DNA of 64,000 nucleotides from positions 91,289-155,288 of the forward strand of contig OZ241891.1 of assembly GCA_965203425.1 (NCBI GenBank), in the 5' to 3' direction. A program made the position numbers and the translations under genes. Of the stretch, positions 55,991 to 64,000 are shown piece by piece. Under the pieces are notes generated by a model. That model saw only the letters and a list, made by a program, of their open reading frames with translations. It was not told the DNA's origin and made no database searches. Position 1 is the first letter of the stretch; each line of letters opens with the position of its first letter. Source of the DNA: Limisphaerales bacterium (GTDB taxonomy: Bacteria > Verrucomicrobiota > Verrucomicrobiia > Limisphaerales > AAA164-E04).

Positions 55991-57058
55991 TTGAACCGTC
56001 CTCACTTTTCTCGCAGCCGTCGTTTTCACGGTCCTCGAATTCGGATTAATGAAAGGATTCGCGCTCGGGAAGTCCGAGTGATTGATTCCGCCGGCAAGCA
56101 GCTCGGAGTCTTCAGCCGACACGAGGCCATTGGCATGGCCCGCGCCCGCCAAGTCGACCTTGTCGAAATTGCCGAAAACGCCAACCCGCCTGTCTGCCGC
56201 TTGGTAGACTTCGGCAAATATCAATACGAACAATCGAAGAAAAAGAAGGAAAATAAAAAAAACCAGCACGCCAACAAAACCAAAGAAGTTCAACTAAGCG
56301 TCAAAATTGATCCGCACGACCTGCAGACGAAGCAGAATCACGCAATCGACTTTCTCTGCGAAGACATGAAAGTCAAAGTGACGCTCCGTTTCCGAGGCCG
56401 GGAAAACGCCCACAAAGAAGTTGGTTTTGAAGTCGTCGAACAATTTGTGAATGATTTGGGCGCTTGGGGACATCCCGACGCTCCCACAAGGAAAATCGGC
56501 AGAGGCCTGATCGTAATGATCATTCCCCTCCCCAGAAACCAACGAGCCCCCCATCCCGGACACGAGAAAACCGCCGTTCTTGACGAGATCGCCGCCGACT
56601 CGGAGAAACCGCCGCCATTGCCCGACAAAGAACCGCAACCAAAAACTCTCCCTGTTTCGGAAAAGCCTTCTCTACAGGAATCCGAAGAATCACTTGCGGA
56701 GACTGCAACCGCGCCGGAAACCGAACAGAAAACCGTCGAGCCTTTTTGGGAAACGCCGTTGATCCCAACCGAAGAAATCGAACCACAAGCGCCGCCGGCC
56801 ATTACGGAAGAAACAGCGGCGATGCCTTTCCCCCAAGCCCCCGCGCAACAGGAGACTCTCCCCGTTTTTGAAGAAACGCCGCAGTTACCAAGCGAAGAGC
56901 CGCCGCTGGAAACCGCAAAGCCTGCCTTTCCCCAAGAAACCGAACCATCGATTGCTAAGGATCCATTGACAGTGCCAGAACCTGAGGAACCGATTGCCAA
57001 AGCGGCAACAACAGAGCCGGAAAACGAAGAAAATAACGCGGAGCAAAGCCAGAAGTGA
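55991..57058 (+). CDS. infC: Translation initiation factor IF-3 with a ~175-aa Pro/Glu/Thr-rich C-terminal extension
   Basis: RINERIRAREVRVIDSAGKQLGV, DLVEIAENANPPVCRLVDFGKYQYE, KEVQLSVKIDPHDLQTK, VKVTLRFRGRENAH. Non-ATG (TTG) start in the ORF track. The tail from aa ~180 is low-complexity (PEPQ, ETP repeats). Confidence 0.88.
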   Translation: MNRPHFSRSRRFHGPRIRINERIRAREVRVIDSAGKQLGVFSRHEAIGMARARQVDLVEIAENANPPVCRLVDFGKYQYEQSKKKKENKKNQHANKTKEVQLSVKIDPHDLQTKQNHAIDFLCEDMKVKVTLRFRGRENAHKEVGFEVVEQFVNDLGAWGHPDAPTRKIGRGLIVMIIPLPRNQRAPHPGHEKTAVLDEIAADSEKPPPLPDKEPQPKTLPVSEKPSLQESEESLAETATAPETEQKTVEPFWETPLIPTEEIEPQAPPAITEETAAMPFPQAPAQQETLPVFEETPQLPSEEPPLETAKPAFPQETEPSIAKDPLTVPEPEEPIAKAATTEPENEENNAEQSQK

Positions 57059-57088
57059 GCGAGAAAAACGACATACTCAGGGGCCGCT

Positions 57089-58041
57089 TTGAAAGAATAT
57101 CCGGACGACGTCTTCCTTTATTACGGTAAGATTTCCAGAGAAGGATACGGACTTCTTTCATCGGCAATCGAATCTCGAATTGCGAAAAAGGAAAAAGCCC
57201 AAAAGCCTGTCTCATTCTCATCACGCCCGGCGGCGATGCCGACGCCGCTTTTCGCATCGCCCGCGCTTTGCGCCATCACTATTCTTTTCTTGAGGTTCTT
57301 ATCCCCGACGTTTGCAAGTCTGCCGGAACGTTAATTTGCATTGCCGCCGACCACTTGATCTTTGGCGATCGAGGCGAGATAGGCCTGCTAGACGTTCAAA
57401 TCCCCAAACCGGGCGAGTTTTTCGAGAGAATGTCTGGACTGAACCTGATTCAAGCGTTGGATGATCTTCGGGATCGAATGTTGGAATCTTTCCGGGAAAG
57501 TTTTATGGACATTTGCGGCGGCGCCCGCCTTCGAACAAAGCAAACCGCCGAGTTCGCCAAAGAATTAGCCAAAGCATTCATCTCGCCGATTGTCACCCAG
57601 ATTGATCCCGTGACTTTGGGAGAACATCAAAGAGCTTTACAAATCACCCGTAATTATGGCGAGCGATTGAACAAAATGAGTAAGGCTCTGGAATCTGGCG
57701 CTCTTGGAATGCTTGTCGAAGGCTATCCGGACCATGAATTTGTGATCGACAGAAAAGAAGCTCGGAAACTTTTCAAATGTGTCCAGAAACCGGATGAAGT
57801 CGATTCTTTCTTTGATTCTCTTTATCAATGGACACGTAAATTTATCTCGAGATATACAGAGACAGAGGAAGAGGAGAGAAACTTACTTTTAGTGGTTGAC
57901 TTTAAAAGAGAATTGACGGAAAATCTAACGCAGAAAGACATTGGTCAAGAAAAATCCGCAGCAACATCCTTGGACGCAGGGCGAAGAGAACATACTCCTC
58001 CGCCAGATGAGAATCATTGCGGAAAAGAAGCGAAAGACTAG
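57089..58041 (+). CDS. SDH-family Clp-fold serine protease (SppA/ClpP-like), split by one frameshift in this assembly
   Basis: LILITPGGDADAAFRIARAL..LIPDVCKSAGTLICIAADHLIF spans ORFs 57089..57334 and 57268..58041. The frame change maps to the A-rich stretch 57185-57205. Confidence 0.6.
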
Positions 58042-58244
58042 GGAAGGAGTCCGGGAACATCGGCGAAGGCGGGGGTTGTCTCCCATTCATCACTTGGACA
58101 AAACCGATTTTTGATCTTCAAAAAAGCCGCAAAAACAGCGGAAGGAATTCTCCGTGACGAATTCCAAATTTCCCGTGGCAAAACGCAACCGCGCCAATCC
58201 TCAATTCCCAATTCCCTAATCCTTAATTCGTAATTTAAAATCTT

Positions 58245-59674
58245 ATGCCTAAAAAATCATCCCAACGCGGCGGAGACAAAGAAGCAAAATCGGCGGCGGA
58301 AGAAGAACAATGGAAAGCGCAGGGTGGATTGAGTTGCCGGATGAGGCGGACTTTTGGCGGCCGCCGGCAAGGTTCGGCTCTATCCCGGTGGAGAAAGAGC
58401 TGATGGGCGGGATAGTCGGCTCGGCTTCCGCAAACTCTTTCCGCGCATTTCGTTGCCGTTTCAAGTGGTGGAGCGCGTGCGGTTCGAGCATCCTGAATTG
58501 AATCCCTACCGCCTCTTTTGCGGAGACAATCTGCAAATCATGTGCTCTTTGCCGGCGGAGAGCATAGATTTGATATACGCCGTCCGCCGTTCTTTTCGCA
58601 GCGCGAATATAGCGTTATTTGGGACGACAATGGCGAGCGGCGCAGTTTCAGCGATATTTGGAAGGACGGCTTGAACGGCTATTTGGCTTGGCTGGCGCCG
58701 CGCTTGGCCGAGAGCAAAACGTCTTCTCAAAAAGACCGACTCGCTCTACCTGCACTGCGATTGGCACGCCGGCCACTACATCAAAGTGGAACTCGACAAA
58801 ATCTTCGGCTACCACAACTTCCGCAACGAAATCATCTGGGCTTACCGAACCGGCGGCACTTCAAAAAGATGATTCGCCCGCAAACACGACACCATCTTCT
58901 GCTACGGAAAAAGCGCGCAATCGATGCAACACTTCAAAGACAAACGCCGCAAAACCAAATTCAATCAGCCAATGGTGAAATCCTACCTCGATGATACAAA
59001 ATGGAAAGAGTATCACAAAGGCGCAGACGAACTCGGCTTCAAAAGAGACGAAAAAGGAATGTATCGAATGGTCGGCTGTCGAGATGTTTGGGATGACTTG
59101 CCATTTCTGCATCCAAAATCGTCAGAGAGAATCGGCTACAAGACGCAGAAGCCGGAGGCGTTATTGGAAAGGATAATCTTAGCGAGTTCGGATGAGCGGG
59201 ATGTGTTTGGGGATTTCTTTTGCGGCGGCGGCACCACTCCGGCAGTCGATCAGCGTCTAAACCGCCGATGGATCGCCTGCGACCAGTCTCGTGACGCGGG
59301 ATCGTTTGATTGAGCAGACGCAAATGAAAGAGAAATCGAGCAAAGCCGTTACCGTGCCGGACTTTACGGTAGAGAATTGGGGCGTCTATGAAGCGAAGGC
59401 TTTGTCGAAGATGCCGCAGGAGACGTTTCAGGCTTTTGTTTGCAAATGCTTTGGCGCGAAAGGGAAGACAGAGGAAGCTGGCATTCACGGTTGGAAGGGG
59501 CCGGTTCCCGTTTGGGCTGGCTCGGCCCAAGCCAAGAGAGAGCTGGTCAGCGCGGCGGATGTGAAGGCTTTTGCCAACGCCGTTTATAAGGTGTGGGGCA
59601 TCGTCTGGAAAACGCCGCTTCATTTGCGGTTGGTTTGCCTCGATGATTGGCGTTTTTCCGACTTTGGCGACTGA
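58245..59674 (+). pseudogene. Degraded beta-class DNA methyltransferase (same family as 22057..23580), several frameshifts plus a TGG->TGA nonsense
   Basis: The fragments lie in different frames: IDLIYA/DPPFFSQREY, SLYLHCDWHAGHYIK, NEIIWAYRTGGTSKR*FARKHDTIFCYGK, YKTQKPEALLERII and FGDFFCGGGTT. The stop at 58870-58872 aligns with the Trp in AKRWFQKKHD of the intact paralog. Confidence 0.8.
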
Positions 59675-59788
59675 ATTTTCTTTGAGTTTTTGCTTTTTGC
59701 TGACAAACGGGCTGTTGAGGACTGTTGAAAAACGTAATTTTTCTTGTCAAATGCTGCTGCGGACGGTTAAATCATCGCTCTTGCTAAC

Positions 59789-59864
<76 letters not shown>

Positions 59865-59942
59865 TTCTTTGTTTGTTTTTTGTCCGTTGCGTTACCTTGC
59901 GAAAGATGCAGATGACGCTCCGGGAAAAAGGAAAGCGGCGCG

Positions 59943-60293
59943 TCAACTGCGAGACTCAAAGGATCGTCCGCAACCGCAGGTTTGGGCGGCGTTGGGATTT
60001 CGAATTTTGAAGCCGCCGCCGGTCAAGTTGTCTGAAAAGTCCACCACTGTTCCCCTTAGGTAATCCAGGCTGAAACCGTCGATGACCACTTTCACGCCTT
60101 CTTGCTCGACAACGGCGTCTCCGTCGCGCACTTCGTCAAACACCATGCTGTATTGCATGCCGGAGCATCCGCCTCGTTCAATAAAAACTCGGAGCGGTTT
60201 GCCGGCGTCTTCCGGTTTGTTGGACTGCATGGACTTGACTTCGGCCGCTGCCGCCGAAGTTAGCGTTATGGCTGGTTGCGCTTCTGTCGACAT
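59943..60293 (-). CDS. Iron-sulfur cluster insertion/assembly protein (HesB/IscA/ErpA family)
   Basis: LRVFIERGGCSGMQYSMVFD and a C-terminal NPNAAQTCGCGRSF. Confidence 0.92.
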   Translation of the reverse strand: MSTEAQPAITLTSAAAAEVKSMQSNKPEDAGKPLRVFIERGGCSGMQYSMVFDEVRDGDAVVEQEGVKVVIDGFSLDYLRGTVVDFSDNLTGGGFKIRNPNAAQTCGCGRSFESRS

Positions 60294-60336
60294 CTCCCGT
60301 TAAACTAGCTGCATTTCGCCATTGTGTCAAACGGCG

Positions 60337-61308
60337 TCACATCAGCTTCATTTTGGGCAGGTCTTGGGAATCCACCAACCCCACCGGTTCCTCTTTGGCG
60401 TTCACCACGATCAGATCGTCAATGGGTTTTTGGTCAAACAGCCGCAACGCTTCTGCTGCAAGCGCCGATTTTTCAATTCGAATCGGGTTTCGGGTCATCA
60501 CTTCTCGGAGGCGGCGGTTTAAACAATCTTCTCTTCCGGCCAACAAGCGGCGCAAGTCTCCGTCCGTGAACACGCCGACCAAGCGTCCGCGCCTGTCCGT
60601 GACGCTCACGCATCCGGATTTGGCCTTGCTCATCACAAACAACGCATCCTTGACCGTCGCCGTCTGCCGCGCGGTTGGATTTCGCTCGCCGGTTCTCATC
60701 ACTTCCTCCACCCGCAGCAACAGGGAGCGGCCAATGGCGCCTGAGGGATGGTATCGGGCAAAGTCTTTCTTTTTGAAGCCGCGGGCTTTTAGCATTGCCA
60801 TCGCCAAAGCGTCTCCCAAGGCCAAAGTTGCCGTGGTGCTGGCGGTGGGAGCCAAATTGAAAGGGCAGGCCTCAGATGGCACGGCTGTGTTTAGCACGAC
60901 GTCGCTTGCCTTTCCTATGGTGGAGCGTGGTTCTCCGGTCAACGAGATTATTTTGACGTCAAAACGTTTGATTGCCGGCAACAACGGCAGCAGTTCTTCA
61001 GACTCTCCCGAATAACTTAACAAAAGGATCAGATCGCCGTCGTTTAGAATGCCAAGGTCGCCATGCAAGGCGTCGACACCGTCCAAAAGCACGCTGGGCG
61101 AGCCGGTGCTGGTCAATGTGGCGGCAATCTTCCGCCCAACGTTGCCCGACTTGCCCACTCCGGCCACGACCACTTTTCCCCGAGACTCCGCAGTGGCTAC
61201 TAGCAAGTCCACCGCTCGATTGAACGAGGCGTCCAAGCGAGAACGAAGCGCCTGCAATCCGGCGATTTCCACGTCGATTACCCGGCGGGCTTCCCGCAAA
61301 TAGCTCAT
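60337..61308 (-). CDS. KpsF/GutQ-family arabinose-5-phosphate isomerase (SIS + tandem CBS)
   Basis: GKVVVAGVGKSGNVGRKIAATLTSTGSPS, LSYSGESEE, then two CBS-like repeats. Start taken at MSYLREA (61308). Confidence 0.88.
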   Translation of the reverse strand: MSYLREARRVIDVEIAGLQALRSRLDASFNRAVDLLVATAESRGKVVVAGVGKSGNVGRKIAATLTSTGSPSVLLDGVDALHGDLGILNDGDLILLLSYSGESEELLPLLPAIKRFDVKIISLTGEPRSTIGKASDVVLNTAVPSEACPFNLAPTASTTATLALGDALAMAMLKARGFKKKDFARYHPSGAIGRSLLLRVEEVMRTGERNPTARQTATVKDALFVMSKAKSGCVSVTDRRGRLVGVFTDGDLRRLLAGREDCLNRRLREVMTRNPIRIEKSALAAEALRLFDQKPIDDLIVVNAKEEPVGLVDSQDLPKMKLM

Positions 61309-61905
61309 CCCGCAAACTTTGCCATTTTTGCCTTTCCTAGACAATGCAAAGCGGCCGGGCTTCTAATCATATCTAGTCTGCTGTTTTCCCTCGGTTCGAT
61401 GCAGACGAGGCTGTCTGATTAAGGAGTGTTCTCACGAACAAACGCTTTGAAGAGAGAATGCGCGCGGCATTCCCTCCCCATCGGCAAAACCGAGACTAAG
61501 CCGTTACTAAGCCGATACTAAGCCATCTCAGACCGCTTTTGGAGCCGCCAAAATCCCCAAAACCACAGAATCCGCCCACCGACAAACCACCCCAAAACCC
61601 AGAATTTGCCTGCGGCCACCCTTCCCGCAAAAAACTCAAAAAAGTTAAGATTTCTCGAAAAAAAAGCTTGCGCTCCCGATTGATTTCTGTTTTTCTTGTT
61701 TTTGCCAATTGAAACGCAGAAGATTCGATTGTCGGGTCTCCTGCTGAATATCACAGTTTGATTGTGGATTTTGTCGGGAAAGACGTCCGGTTTCTTTCCT
61801 GTTTGCTTCGGCGAACGGGCGGGGAATGTTCGCGTTTTGCCTGCGTTTTAATTGGCTTTGGCCTGAATTACTTAGATAGAATCACTATTTGAAAGAACGC
61901 AGTTT

Positions 61906-62604
61906 ATGAGATCATTATTCGCGCTTATTGCGGTTGGGTTGGACGCCGCCGCAACGCGCTTTTTGTCCAAAATTGAAAAGACGGCGGCCGCTGTTGTCGC
62001 CGGTGTTGTTGGGATCGGTTTGCTTTTAGGATCGATCTCGTTGTTTGCTGAGCCTGTCCAAACTGGGCCGTTCCCTGGTCAGGTTAAGAATGTTTGCGCT
62101 CCTGTGGTTTCTTCGATCACGGTTACCGATGACGGTTCGGCGGGCTTTCGAGTCTCGGTGAGTCTTGCTTCGGATGGCTGGGATATGTTCAGATGGGTAC
62201 CTAATGCTACCGGTGGTTGGGATGCTTATGGTTACCTTTTTTGGGCTTACAATGCTGTTTGTCATAATCTGCTTGAGCGGCGGAGTTTTTCCGCTCCCGG
62301 ATTGAGGACTAGGGACTATGTATCTCGGCATCCTGTTCATTTTGATTATTTTGCTCGTGGCGGCACTGGCGGCAAATACTTTGAGATGAGGATTAAACCT
62401 AAATTTTACGGTTTGGTTCCTGTTCGCGCTGAACATTATTATACGGGGGATCATTGGGTGGATCTTACTTTGTACGTTACGGATCGGGATTCTAAGGGCA
62501 AGCGTCTGCCTGCTGGAAAATACAACATGCATTGTTGGGTTTCGGACACTGATGGGAATGGCTATTATGTCACTGTCTATTTCGGTGACGAGGCTTTCTT
62601 TTAA
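61906..62604 (+). CDS. Hypothetical membrane-anchored/secreted protein
   Basis: ORF with N-terminal hydrophobic segments. A 3-nt gap separates it from the downstream prepilin-like gene. Confidence 0.5.
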   Translation: MRSLFALIAVGLDAAATRFLSKIEKTAAAVVAGVVGIGLLLGSISLFAEPVQTGPFPGQVKNVCAPVVSSITVTDDGSAGFRVSVSLASDGWDMFRWVPNATGGWDAYGYLFWAYNAVCHNLLERRSFSAPGLRTRDYVSRHPVHFDYFARGGTGGKYFEMRIKPKFYGLVPVRAEHYYTGDHWVDLTLYVTDRDSKGKRLPAGKYNMHCWVSDTDGNGYYVTVYFGDEAFF

Positions 62605-62607
62605 GGA

Positions 62608-63456
62608 ATGTTTGGATTGAAGAATCGGGCTTTTACGTTGATCGAATTGCTGGTGGTTATCGCTATCATCGGCATCTTGGCGGGGCTTTTACTGCCTGCT
62701 CTTTCGCGGGCTAAGGCGTCGGCGCATAAAGTGGCTTGCCTTAATAATCAACGGCAAATTGGGCTGGCTCGTCAACTTTACGCAAATGACAATGGCGGTT
62801 ATTTGATTGCTGGCGTTAATTTTTGGCAACGGCTTAGTTTCTTCTATTTGGATGGGCAAACGAATTTGTTCAATTGTCCGGCGGAGAAGCGGGTTTTGAA
62901 AGCGATTCAAGCTGTGGATAGTCCTCCTCCTCCTCCGTGGGGTCGATTACCGGGAGTTACGTTGCCGTGGGGACCGCATTTTACTCCTTGGGGTTATTTG
63001 CAAAATGATTTGGGATTAAATCCGACTTCTTACGGCAAGGGACCGTACTGGGGAATTTCTGGTTCTCCTTTACGGCCTGGGGGTTGGACTCGAGGGATTC
63101 GGGATTTTCAAGTGGTTTCGCCTTCGCGCATGATTGCGCAAGCCGATGGTTCTCGGTTTGGTAGTTCTTCTTCTGGCTATTTTCATTTGGATCCGTTCTC
63201 TAAGGGTTTCTATGGCATTGATTCTTCTTCTGGTTATGGACGTTTATCGGTTGCCCGTCGGCATTCTGGTCAAGTGAACGTTTTGTTTGCGGATGGGCAT
63301 GTTGGCTCGGAGTCTTTGTATGAAATGCTTTATCCTTCGGTGGAGAATTGGACACGGTTTAATTATGACAATCGGCAGCATTGGGATGACGGTGACATGC
63401 CTTCTTCTTCCGGTTGGCAACCTCCTACGCCTTGGGATGAATTAGTGGATTTTTGA
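62608..63456 (+). CDS. Prepilin-type N-terminal cleavage/methylation domain protein with an H-X9-DG motif
   Basis: [31 protein letters not shown], then [14 protein letters not shown] near the C-terminus. Confidence 0.9.
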   Translation: MFGLKNRAFTLIELLVVIAIIGILAGLLLPALSRAKASAHKVACLNNQRQIGLARQLYANDNGGYLIAGVNFWQRLSFFYLDGQTNLFNCPAEKRVLKAIQAVDSPPPPPWGRLPGVTLPWGPHFTPWGYLQNDLGLNPTSYGKGPYWGISGSPLRPGGWTRGIRDFQVVSPSRMIAQADGSRFGSSSSGYFHLDPFSKGFYGIDSSSGYGRLSVARRHSGQVNVLFADGHVGSESLYEMLYPSVENWTRFNYDNRQHWDDGDMPSSSGWQPPTPWDELVDF

Positions 63457-63669
63457 CTTTGGCGATGTTAAAGTAAAAGATTGCGTAGCCGGCAATGGCG
63501 GGAAGGGAAGAAAGGAAACGAGCCTTGTCCCACTGATTTGCGGATCTTGGGGATTTCGTAATTTCCCGCCTCACTTCGCTTTCATCTTTTTGGAAGCGGA
63601 GTTTTTTTGTTCCGTTTTGAATGACAAATGCGGATTGTGGAAACACGTCATAGGCGGCGGCAATTTTTC

Positions 63670-63766
63670 GGAGAGTCAAGAGTGGCTGGTGTCCTCCGCG
63701 GTCTTCAAAACCGTTGTCGGTCTGTTCCGCAGGCCGAGGTGGGTTCGATTCCCACCCTCTCCGCCA
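63670..63766 (+). tRNA. tRNA-Sec(UCA)?: 97-nt class-II-like tRNA with a UCA anticodon (tRNA-Sec candidate or opal-decoding tRNA), CCA encoded
   Basis: Hand fold: anticodon arm GCGGT-CTTCAAA-ACCGT, an 8-bp variable arm TCGGTCTG/CAGGCCGA, T arm G(G)TGGG-TTCGATT-CCCAC(C), acceptor GGAGAG/CTCTCC + G + CCA. I could not fold the D arm into the canonical 6-bp bacterial Sec stem. Confidence 0.6.
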
Positions 63767-64000
63767 ATTCATCGGGCAAGGATTCGGGAAAATGCGCAGA
63801 GGCGCCAAAATGGGATAAAATTCGGCTTCTTCGCCGATGCAGGGCTTCCGCAAAACTTGATTGTTTCGCTTCTGTTCCGTTTCGAATCTTCAACAAAAAC
63901 TAGGCTCGCGTTTCGACTTTTGACGTGTTTGCTTGACGAAGCGGGAGGATTTTGCGATACAGAGGAGAATTTCTATGAAATCTCAAAATACTTTTCTTTT

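Noticed and set aside
58870-58872. In-frame TGA as a possible selenocysteine or recoding site, given a UCA tRNA 5 kb away
   Set aside because: The codon aligns with a conserved Trp in the intact paralog (KRWF). The gene also has several frameshifts, so a simple TGG to TGA nonsense mutation explains it.
63425-63853. 142-aa minus-strand ORF
   Set aside because: It spans the UCA-anticodon tRNA. The stretch GWESNPPRP is the usual antisense translation of a T arm.

Overview
The window holds about 45 protein-coding genes, 2 tRNAs and one roughly 3 kb coding desert. I found no rRNA, CRISPR array, transposase or integrase. The housekeeping genes suggest a PVC-type bacterium (Verrucomicrobia or Planctomycetes-like). 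This is an inference from an H-X9-DG prepilin-like protein, a PEP-CTERM tail, a sulfatase and a CxxCH/TSP3-type secreted protein.

Recognisable core genes include pdxJ, infC, lolCE/lolD, a KpsF-type isomerase, an IscA/ErpA-type protein, a 6-phosphogluconolactonase, an LPS-core glycosyltransferase operon, a HemN-like radical-SAM gene and a beta-CASP nuclease.

Among these sit an unusual number of restriction-modification and defence-type loci, most of them visibly decayed:
- (a) 1.4-2.9 kb: a frameshifted N6-methylase.
- (b) 6.2-14.2 kb: an island of a PLD-SNF2 helicase (three lesions), an Eco57I-type methylase interrupted by a G16 tract, a TcmP-like gene and a DUF5131 (Gp37/Gp68) gene.
- (c) 22.1-23.6 kb: an intact methylase-Mrr fusion.
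- (d) 31.8-38.9 kb: an intact two-gene operon, a 692-aa unknown protein plus a 1655-aa DEAD-helicase/Zn-ribbon/DUF1998 giant.
- (e) 41.9-42.9 kb: a wrecked type II R-M cassette.
- (f) 58.2-59.7 kb: a wrecked methylase next to tRNA-Phe.

The best candidate for an undescribed system is operon (d). It is Druantia- or DISARM-like in domain content, but its partner gene is unrecognisable to me. The G16 contingency tract and the TcmP/DUF5131 pair in island (b) come next.

Several frame breaks sit on homopolymers, so assembly error must be excluded before calling pseudogenes or phase variation. All functional calls rest on motifs I can read in the translations. No database search was run.
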